Shown here: piece after piece, positions 54,215 to 64,000 of the stretch
Position numbering within the stretch: position 1 is the first letter of the stretch
Layout: the number at the start of each line of letters is the position of its first letter
NCBI GenBank assembly: GCA_009103225.1
Contig: RHPI01000560.1
Span: 231,465-295,464 of the forward strand
Direction: 5' to 3'
Source: Chlorokybus atmophyticus
Lineage: Eukaryota; Plantae; Mesostigma and Chlorokybus algae
Length of the DNA: 64,000 bases
Position numbers and translations under genes: made by a program
Notes under the pieces: generated by a model
What the model saw: the letters and a program-made list of their open reading frames with translations, nothing else
Databases searched by the model: none
What the model was told of the DNA's origin: nothing

Positions 54215-56682
54215 ATGGACACTGTGTTTCGGTCACGCATCCCGAAGCTGCTGCTGCTTGGACTGGCCATGGTCCTGCTGTATGCGTTGCTTGCTTACTC
54301 CAGAGTAGCCACCACTTGCATGCTCCAGCCATCATTACCGGATGTGCCAGTTGTTGCTCTGCAGGTAAATGCGGTTGCTTTTGTATACAGGCATGTGCAC
54401 AAGTGTTGCATGTGCTTACTTTCGTGCGTGTGTGCGTGCGTTGTACCAGACTACCACTGAGGTGTGAGTTTTGTTACATGCAGGGTGTTGTTATAGAGCA
54501 TGCTGCAGCAGCTGCGCTCACTGCGCGTGTGTACGCTGTCCCGCCCATGACTCTCGATGATGTGTATGCTGCCATGGGTGACCACATTTACGTCAACGTG
54601 GCAACATGGGGTTTTCGCCTGCTTGCCCTGAACCTGAGAGCCAGCATGCTGCGCATCGGCATCACAAACCTGTGCTTCTTTACCGTGGACACGCCCATGT
54701 TTGACCTGTTGGCGTCTCTGCGTGACGGGCCGGTGTGCGTGATCCATGCCACAAAGGTGACATATCAGCATGCCTTACATATCAGCATGCGTTGTACTGT
54801 GAAATTGCTAGATTGGGTTTCAATTGTGACTGAAATGGCAGGTGTTTGGGTATGCGCACAGCAATGCTCATGACAGGCCATTGTCCTTTCGCGGTGGTGA
54901 TTGGGATGAGCTGCAGCTGCTCAAGTATGCGCCCATTCGTGAAGGTTTGCGACGGGGGATGTCAGTGACCTTCACGGACAATGACATTGTGGTGTTGAAA
55001 GACACGCGCCCCGTGTTTGATCAGCACTTCTCCGCGTGCCCTATCACAGTGTACTGCTGCCATAATGTTGGGTAAGCTCACGCATGCGAAGCAGTCGTGA
55101 GCTTACCCAAGTAGTGAGCTTACTTGGTAAGCTCACGACTGTCAAGTGGAAGTATAACGTCGATGCTCATCCATAGTGTTGTATGTGCCATTAGCAGCGG
55201 CCACTTGCATCAGGCATGACCTGCTTGAGAAATTTTGCACATGATGTTGTAACCAACGTTCCTTTGTTTACAGCTACATGCACTTCCAAGCGCGCTACGC
55301 AAATGAAACCATCGAGTTTCTTGACAAGTTTACGAGCAGAATACGCGCCAACTTGGCAGACCCTCAGGTGAATTGCGGGCATGGGTTGGGGCTTGCGGTG
55401 TGCGCGTGCCTGTGTGTAGTGTTGACAGTTGTTTGCACCAAACAGGCGGAGCGCCTGTTCAACCAAGACACCTTTGTTTCAATGGCGCGAGACGCCGACA
55501 TGTACTGCGAAGCAGACGCATGGCTGGGCGAAGGCGACGGATGCCATCGCTGGAGGTTCATGCAGCCCCAGTCTGAGCGGCATTACGTGTTCCATGCTCA
55601 GGTACTTCTCTCTTCCTACCAGTATCAGACACAGAACTTGCCCAATACGCTATTATGCATGTGAGCATGAGTGGGATAGAACCAGCAAGCACCAGCAGCA
55701 GTCTGCGCTTGAATGCTTATGCCGAAATGTAAAACACATTACTTTACCAAGCTTTTCTTCCCTTTCGTTGGGTGTGTGTTTTGTATGCGCATATCAGTAT
55801 GTGTAAATTAGTATTTGCATGTCAGTTTCTCTATCGAGTCCTGTGTTTAAAAAGTGTTTATCTCACACCAGCTGCTGGCAGTGTGTTTCGGGAACAGCTT
55901 ACTACTTGAAGATCGCTCTTCTTCAGTCGTTACACTGCTGGTTTCTGCCGCGTCCACTAGGCGAGCAATACTTAACGTACGCCAACCCCGCTTTGCTAGA
56001 CGACAGCTTGCCTGCCGAGTTCGAAGTGTCCGCCTTTGCGCGCGCAATTGGCCTCGCCATTGCGCTTAACCGCACCCTCATCGCGCCGCACATGCGCTGC
56101 GTGTTGACGGGAAAGGGCTACCGCGGCCGTCACGTGACAGCAAGGGTTGATCACCATTATTTTCAGTTTGCTGCAGATGGGCACTGCCCTTTAGTGACAT
56201 ATTCGGGCCTCGCAAGCTACAAGGAGTTGATTACAAACCATATCATGAGCGCCACGATGGCGCATACGGGATCCATGCCGCAAGCCTTCGCTGAATGCAT
56301 TCATGGTGTTGGGGAGCAGATAGTACCTCTGCGTGGGTCTGCTGTACTCACAGACCCGCAGTACATGAACATGTTTGATGTGAGCTCCACGCCATGGCTG
56401 AGCGTGACATCCAATGGCAGTGAATTGAGAGTTGTTGGCGACAGCAATGCGCAACTGATAGCCGAGCAGCGTGTGACACACGCCGACTTGGCGTCCGCCT
56501 CGTGCCTGTGTGCTGAGCAGCTTTTGCAGCTGTTTCATGAGTATCAAAGCGTAATGTTGATGCGCATCAACGGGTGTTTGCCTTCTGTCTTCTGCGGCTT
56601 CACAGCAGGCAGCGACAAGGACGTTCGGTACAAGTCAGCGCTGTCAACACTGGCATTGAGCAAGTACTACAGCGCGTGTTGA
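54215..56682 (+). CDS. Nucleotide-diphospho-sugar transferase (GT77-like), type II membrane protein with XEG113-like C-terminal region
   Basis: N-terminal signal anchor (KLLLLGLAMVLLYALLAYS); YVNVATWGFRLLALNLRASM..IGITNLCFFTVD; LLKY..I...LRRGMSVTFTDNDIV (DxD motif); FNQDTF; C-terminal AIGLAIALNRTLIAPHMRC. Confidence 0.7.
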
Positions 56683-58119
56683 TAACACAAAGCTCTGGTC
56701 TGATCACTAGCAGCTTCCCAACAGAGTCCATGTCTGCAGCGAGGTGAGTGAAATCGCTGCATCTGCAGCACTTCCTGCCTGCCATATTGTGGTAGTGTAG
56801 ATATTTACTGCAGCGGTTCGCTGGTTACTTTGGCCTTACCTATCGTGACTTATGCAGGCCTGTCCCTGAAGGGTATGCACCTTGTGTGTTGCGCAACCGC
56901 CTATGTCAAGCTGCTGTTGCGGAGTATCATTGTGCAGTTGCAAGCACGGTCGTCCCCGGTTACAAAGAGTAATTTTGTTGCATGCAGTGTGGCTGCCCTC
57001 TCAGGCATGCTTGCTTGGTAATGCAGAGCATATGTTCTCCATCAGCGCAGTATCGCCCTGTTGCTGTAAGGAGGTGGGGTTCAAGAGGGCCAATCTGTAT
57101 TGTTGTCGTGGTCAGTAGCATATGAAGAGCGGGGCATGCTTCTAAACAAAGGTGTTGCGTTCCAGGTGATCATTCCAAGCACAGTCCAGGCGTAGCAACC
57201 GGACATTGGCTCGCAGCGTTTCCGGCGGCGGATTGCCTGAGAGCATGTCATCCGGCTGCATGCATCAAGGCTTGGTCTGTCTACTTTATATGCAAAGAGT
57301 AAGCTGGAACGCGTGTTGTGCTTGCCCTCACGCTGCAAATAGGCATGCACAAGCATGCTGCTTTTGTGTTCGATCACATCGTTGCTTCAACGCGATGGCA
57401 TGCGGTGACTTTGAATAAAGTTTTGGTCTGGTTGCTCTCGTGCCATGCTCACCAGTTAGTCGAAAAAGCAATACCACAAGTTGGTTGACTTTGATGCAAT
57501 GGAGCTCGGCTGATGTTTCCACTCTACCTCATTGAAACCCGCTTGGTCTTCATGTCAGTGACTCAGTGTATTGACGCTCTCTTATACCATGAGTACACTG
57601 AACAAGGTCCATTGCTCCGGCGTACAGTTGCCAGGTGAATGCATGTGCGGTGCATGTGGTGTGGATTAGGTGAAGGCTCCCGGGTGTAATAATTGTGTTG
57701 GCTTGTTCTTGTATGGGATGTGTTTGCACATGCTGTTTGGCATGCTGTGAGTGATGTCATGCATGTCTAAAACTACTGGCAGCATATCTTTCACACTGAG
57801 CACGTGTGACTTGAGATGACTATGATGTATACCCTATGCAACAGGGGGGAGGTAGGAGTAGCAGGGCTAGAGTAGAGGGTAGAGTGAGCCCGGTGGTCAT
57901 ACATGCACCATTCAGGTGCGTGTGGTTTGCTGCATGTGATGCATGGCGTTGAAATGCATGTTTATAACAGCCTCGCGATTATCTTGTACAGATCACAGGT
58001 CTGTGGCTGGTTTAGTGGGTTGATTTTACAAAGCTTACATCTTTCCCTCTTGCATTGAATGGTATGAAGGGTTGTGTGTGCAACCATCACAGCAAATTTC
58101 CACAACACGTGTTTGTCTA

Positions 58120-60469
58120 CTACTCGCGGCGAGCATACGCCTGCTGCAGTTGCAGGATGAGCTTCTCCTGGCGCTCTATACGCGCCTGCTGCTCCCGGCA
58201 CTTCACCTGCAGATCACTAATCACTTCATCCTTCCTACTGGTAGCACTATTACTACTACTATCGTTCCCAACGGCCCTTTTCTCTTTCCCTGCCTCCATA
58301 CCACCAACACTTCCAACAGTCCCACTCTGCTGCTCTCTCCTGCCCACGCCAGCGCTCTCGCTCTGTTGCTGTTGTTGCTGTTGTTGTGTCTGTGGTTGTG
58401 ATAGCTGTTGTTGTTGTTGTTGGCGCCGTGCAAGCTCCGCGCGAAGGGCCGCAATGAGGCGGTCGTCGTTGCCGGCCTTCTCCAGCACCACCTCAACCTT
58501 TTCCCTTAAGCTCCTCACCTGTGACGCAGTCAAGTCAGGGAGTCGATCACACCTACCTGCTAAACACAAACTATTCCTGCAACGGTTCAATTGCGTTGCA
58601 TGAGTGACATACTGAGAGTTTGCCTGCATGATACAATCACGAGGCAGTACATCCACACACATACAAACCCGCGCACACGTCTGCCCTCAAGTACACGCAG
58701 AACTGCACGCGCACACCTATGTCCCCACCTCGTTCTCCAGGAGCATCTTGCGTGTGTTGGCCGCCTCCGCTCGGCTTCTCGCGGCCGCTGCCTCCGCGCG
58801 CGCTTCCGCCAGCTCGGTCAGAGCGCGTTCCATCTCCTTGCGCCTCTCGCGCGCATTATTGTTGTTGGCGCTGGTGTTGGTGTTGTCAATACTGGAAAGG
58901 CTGCCGGTAATGCTGTCGCCTACTGCGCCGTCCGGCTGCATCGCTGCTGCGGATGCTGCCTCGGCCGACCTCAACTTGGCCTTCAGCTCCCTCACCTTCT
59001 CCTGAAGCAAGGTAATACACACACGTTGTACATCAGCTGCACGCCCTCATCGATACAACAACAACAGCAGCACATGCCGCACGCACGCACACAAGTAACT
59101 CTGTATAGCATTGTGCGCCGTCAAACATGAACAGCATATGTGTGCGTACGCGCGCTTGTGTGCATGTGCGCACATTCCATCCCCCCAACATAGTTACACC
59201 AATCAGATGTTGCTAAATCGCTACATGCTACAACTTTCACCTTGAGTACAAGTATCTGCTGTGCGCGCCCGCGCCATCCGCCATCATCCGCGGACGACGT
59301 GGACGCAACGCAAGCATCGATGTCGGTGAGCCCCGTCTCGCGCATGAGAGCGGAGCGCAGCTGCTGGCACTCTGCCTTCGCAGCCCTCTCCATATCCCTC
59401 ATCTGAGATGTTAATGAACCATTCACTGAAGTGAATCAACCTCTATCTGTATACTAGATGGTTGATGTTTTTGATAATCTCTTGCTTACTTGGTTGTACT
59501 TTTCTTTCCATTTTTCGAGTGATTCCGTTGCGGCTGGTGTTGGTGTCACATCGGCGGGGGGTTTTCGGGTGCTGCTTTTGGCACTGTTGTTGTTGGTAGT
59601 GGTGGTGTTGGTGTTGTTGGTGGTGGTGGTGGATTGGAGAAGCGCGGCAGTCTCTTTCGCTTGCTTGAGTTCTGTCTGCAGCTTGGAAGCGCGCGTGCGC
59701 TCCCTCTCCACAGAAACAGTCAACGCCCTCGCCTGTGACATGAGTACACTTATCATGCACAACAACAATGACGACAACAACAACAACAACAGCAACAGCA
59801 GCATGCCTTCTTGGATAGCTGGATGATTTTGGCGTCGCGCGGGTCGGGGGAGACGCCGATGTTGTTGGCCGCGTCGATGATGGCCCTGCCAAAATGGCAT
59901 CTCTTCCAAGTTCAGCCAGGGAACATAGATGACAAAGAGTGTAAATGACAACCACTTGCGCGGCAATGGAGTCTTCTTATGCACGCTGTTTTTGCAGTAG
60001 GACATTGCATTATACATTGATGCATACACGTTCTCTGGTTGCTGATCAAGAACTTGCGCACAAACACGCGCACGCATGCACGCACGCACGCACGCGCATA
60101 CGCGCGTACGCGCACGCGCACACGCACACGCACACGCACACGCACACGCACACGCACACGCACACATGGACAAAAAACATGCACGCAACTGGAGTGCAGA
60201 GTTTTCTTCATCGCGCTGAGCCAGCATAAACGCCAGCGACGCGCTCTTCTCTCGCAACTCACGCAACTGTTTGGGAGAAGCAAGATGCCCAATAAGTCAA
60301 ACAGATCACTCAATCAAAGGTCATATCAACCAACCCATGAGCGAATACATTGACACACGATCAACAGGGCGTCACACTATGCAGCCGTACGCACCTGCCA
60401 GCTGGCGTCGGCGGCGGCGTTGCTGTTGGTATTATCGTTGCTGACAGCATCCAGTGGTTCGCGCATCAT
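58120..60469 (-). CDS. CCDC13: Coiled-coil protein similar to centriolar-satellite protein CCDC13; ends uncertain
   Basis: ECQQLRSALMRETG...WRGRAQQILVLK and SLREKVEVVLEKAGNDDRLIAALRAEL match CCDC13 blocks (WRGRAQQILVL; EKGRHDDELIDAL). Confidence 0.75.
60065..60165 (+). repeat. Intronic (CACACG)n/(CACG)n microsatellite
   Basis: Direct inspection. Other simple repeats: (CA)n at about 11570-11640 and (GA)n at about 63095-63124. Confidence 0.9.
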
Positions 60470-61055
60470 CGGGTCCTGCAAGCAAATAAAGGTGCTGGGA
60501 AAAAGGGAGGAAAAAAGTGGACTCACCATCAGTTCCAACGTCAATCTCGCTTGCTATGTCAGTTGCTATTTTCTTGACGATCGGTACTGACTGGGGTCGT
60601 GCGACATCATCAACTGTACAGTTCATACCCTTCGTTTGCTCACTACAAACTACTATTGCGTTGGAGCCTTGTGTATTTACCGTGCTCTACTACTGTGACA
60701 TTCCATTGCTGCAGCAATGGAGACTGATATGCGGATCAACCACTGAACGCGGAATTTTACAGAGAGAGGGGCACACCTCATCGCTGCTGTCAAAATCCTC
60801 CATTGCAGCAGAGTCCCAATCCCACCAACGCCTCTGCTCTCTCCTTGGCCTGGGCCAGCCCGCCTGGCCGGGGGGGGCCTAACAGTCTGCACTGAGTTCT
60901 AATCGCCAGTATACCGCTGCTGCCCTCCGCAGCGCGATATCAACGCGTTTGTTGCATGCGTTTGTTGATGGGGTACCGTGTATCATCAAGGCAGCCAAGT
61001 CGAGTTAAACATTGAGACAGTTTTGAGGTTGAATGCAGTTAGCCTGACCGGGGCC

Positions 61056-61951
61056 ATGCGGGCGGCGGCGGCGGCGGTGGTGAGGAGGGCGGCGGCGGTG
61101 CTGGCTGCTGGAGGCAGAGAGGGGGTGGCTTCGACATCTGGTACAGCGCAGAGTTGCCTGGCCACCTCTTTGCAGCAGCAGCAGCAGCAGCAGCAGCAGC
61201 TGGGGTCTCTTTCTGGGCTTGCCAGCGGGCCAGGGCGATTGGGGTTTCACAGCTCTGCGCTTCTGCTGGCTGCTCCAAAACGCAAGGTTGGGGCATGCAT
61301 TTGTCGACAATTGCTGGTTGTAAATAACTGCATCTTGAAACAAATCTACAGGCAAATTGGAGTTGGTAGCGTATAAAAGTACTACTAGCTAATTTCGGTC
61401 GTTGTTGCAGTATGCTGGTGAGAGTCATTGCGTTTGAGTGAGCACGCTGAAGTCTACTCGGCGTTTTGCACATTCACTTGTAAACTCAACCGATCAACCA
61501 AACGTCGGCGTTGAACGTTTCTGTCTGGTCGTATATGTTCGCACATAAGTTCTCATTCTCATGCTCGGTTGCTGGAGCAGTCATATGCAATGCACGCAGC
61601 AGGCACACGGTCTGCTGTATGCATGCGTCCACTTGGCTCACATCAATCGAATAAACATCATGGCATGCTGCAGGTGACTCCGTCGCGAAAGAAGATCCGC
61701 AATGGCCCGAAGGGCATAGACTTTATCCCACTAGCAATGCAGTGCAGGTACATGATCATTGAGTATGCAAACCCACCACACTAGCTGCATCGTGCATATG
61801 CCAGCCTTGATGTGTTGTGTTCTTGGCAAGCAGTGTGTGCGGGCGTGCAAGGCTGCCTCACATAGTATGCGACCCGGCTTCATGCCGGTGGCGGCTGATG
61901 AAGTATGACTACGCTGAAGCATTGCAGAGAAAAGATGGAGTGGCTGCATAG
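61056..61951 (+). CDS. MRPL32: Mitochondrial ribosomal protein bL32m, 3 exons
   Basis: Presequence MRAAAAAVVRRAAAVL; LLAAPKRK|VTPSRKKIRNGPK...MQC|SVCGRARLPHIVC zinc-ribbon motif; stop at 61949-61951. Confidence 0.9.
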
Positions 61952-63093
61952 GGTGAGACTTGTGGCCTCAGGAGGAGGTGCATTTCATACCTGCCAGTTG
62001 AAGAGAAAGCTTAATTGTCAAGTACTGCTCCTTTGTGCGCTGCCAGAACTCTGGTCAGTCTGCAATGAACAGACAGATTCATGTGAGCGGTTGAAATGTT
62101 GTCGTCAGCAAACGACAGTCACGCTGTTCGCGCCCTACGCGTAGGTCACACGCTGCGTGTGGCTGGATTGCGTAGTTCGGCAAGGGAGTGTCTGCAGGGT
62201 TGATCAATTGAAGCGAGAAGGAGCGCGGTGGTATTGCATAGCGCCGACAATGGTTTCGTATGCACAGGCTAGCTGTTGACCCTAGGTCAACACAACCATG
62301 ATGATCGCGTGCGCTGGATGTGCGCATTGCGCTGTTTCACCCATGGTGTTTGCACAATGGCTTTGTTTCTTACAGTGAAGGAGGCCAGCTTGACAATTTG
62401 CATATCTGAATTCTGAAAATATGTACATGAACCAGCTGCTAATCTTACAGAAACTCATACCAACTCGCCCAGCCATCGTTTACTATGATGAGTTGTGAAG
62501 GTTGATTGCGATGCATGTAATTCACATTGTCCGCACACCATGCATGTAGGCACAGCACCATACCCCTCATATACACTTCTGGATGCACTGTCAGCAGAGA
62601 TATGGTGCTGGCTCAAAAGTTACATCTTGACAAGGCCGCACCTGTTGAAGTCCGTTGCAGCAAAGATATGTTACTATGAGCGCATTAGTCCAATGTTTTG
62701 CTACATCACGCGCGCGTGCATATGCTCATGCACAATCGTCAATCAGACATAATCATCACAGGCAGGGCCCCACTTGCTAACAAGGTCGGTGCAGCCTCGC
62801 TGGATGGACTCGGATAGCGGATGCGGCCCATCGCCAGAGGTAGTACTGCAATGTGTGGCCGTATGGTAGTTTACTGCAGCGGTAGCCTGCATGCACTTTA
62901 ATTGCAACTGATGTGCGCTCGAAACATTAAGTGCTACAGCGCAATGATATTCTGCCCTCTAACCCGCATCGCTGCGAGTTGCTGCATCAGTGCAGCATAC
63001 ACCGAATTGGATACGCATGCAACTGTGATTAATGAAACTGAGCAGGTATGGGACAATGTCAGCATGCCTAGGGCTGGCCGCAAATGGTGGTGC

Positions 63094-63124
<31 letters not shown>

Positions 63125-63195
63125 CGCATCAATGTACATTCAAGCTCACAAGTGCAGTGCAAGGTCACCAGCCACGGGTAGGCTTGATACATTCA

Positions 63196-64000
63196 TTAGC
63201 TTTGTAACAGTGTTTGAACAGGTCCGAGCTGTCTGCGACTGCTCAGCATGCTCATCAACTTGAGCGCATCGACCCACGCGTCCATGCGTTCATCCAAGTC
63301 AGCAACGAAGTACTGGGGGCCAAGCACCGTTGAGACACAGAACGCCGAGCCGGCGGGAAGACTCAAATCTCCAAACGGTTCAACCGCAATGATGTCCAAC
63401 AAGGGAATTGTTGCTTGATCTGCGTCAAAAGCGCCGCTGCTGTCCACCTGAGGCCAAACAATAACCACAATCAGAGCATTGCAGCATTGGAGGATACTGG
63501 AGGATACTCTAATCCGCAACATATGGCCACCTCATGCACATTCGCTTACCAATGCATCTTTTGGTGGCCGAGCCTCGCGGAATGATTCGTGATCCAACAC
63601 GAGCCATTTTCGTCGCCAGTGCTCATGCGTGAGGATGCCATCGAGTGGTTGGGCCAGCAGAAAGCCTGCCTTGATATAAGGCAGTGGCAGCTGCGACCAA
63701 GCAACCTGTTAGCATGGACTGTGCACAAACAACCAAGATACACGCAGACCTCATCCTTGTCTGCATGTGCGACTGGCAGCATATGCAACCCTGGCTGTCG
63801 CATGTAACATGCACTTGGTACAAGCAAGACAAGCACTTACCAATGGACGCACGAGGCCCAAGGCGCCAGTATACACTGTGTGCGCTGGCTTCAAAGCGTA
63901 AGCAACGCAAATATACAGGGCTGCAATGCTGTGCAGCTCAGCAGCAGTCAGATTGCTGAAACTGCCTCGTCTCATCTCCTCTGCGCGTCCGTACACCACA
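63196..64000 (-). CDS. PH-domain protein, partial (5' end beyond the window; may have further 3' exons toward about 62100)
   Basis: Exons AGFLLAQP...HWRRKWLVLD...| and IPLLDIIAVE...FCVSTVLGPQYFVAD...MDAWVDAL show the start and end motifs of a PH domain. Confidence 0.7.

Noticed and set aside
59990-60353. RTRTRT/HTHTHT/CACACA repeat peptides
   Set aside because: Translations of an intronic microsatellite.

Overview
Intron-rich eukaryotic nuclear DNA, most likely from an early-diverging streptophyte green alga (Chlorokybus/Mesostigma-like). This is an inference from plant-type CYCU cyclin, bZIP60, PTST1, FHY1, BONZAI copine and a NERD-type Plus3 domain occurring together with a ciliary CCDC13 gene and an algal UhpC transporter. 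About 17 multi-exon protein genes were reconstructed by hand from GT-AG boundaries, so the supplied ORF track shows only fragments of them. Fourteen of them sit in seven head-to-head pairs. Main items of interest: (1) a Plus3 + about 24 WG/GW (Argonaute-hook) motifs + 7 CCHC zinc-knuckle protein whose knuckle array grew by tandem exon+intron duplication; (2) a decayed retrotransposon gag followed directly by a Dam-like N6-adenine methyltransferase motif; (3) a bZIP60/XBP1-like gene with an IRE1-type hairpin, a second CNG|CNG site 23 nt away that overlaps a spliceosomal donor, and a perfect plant ERSE upstream; (4) two divergent genes whose predicted start codons share one palindromic GCCATGGC; (5) a plastid-targeted UhpC with an LEA-like tandem repeat. 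No rRNA, tRNA or CRISPR array was seen. All family assignments come from motif recognition, not from database searches.
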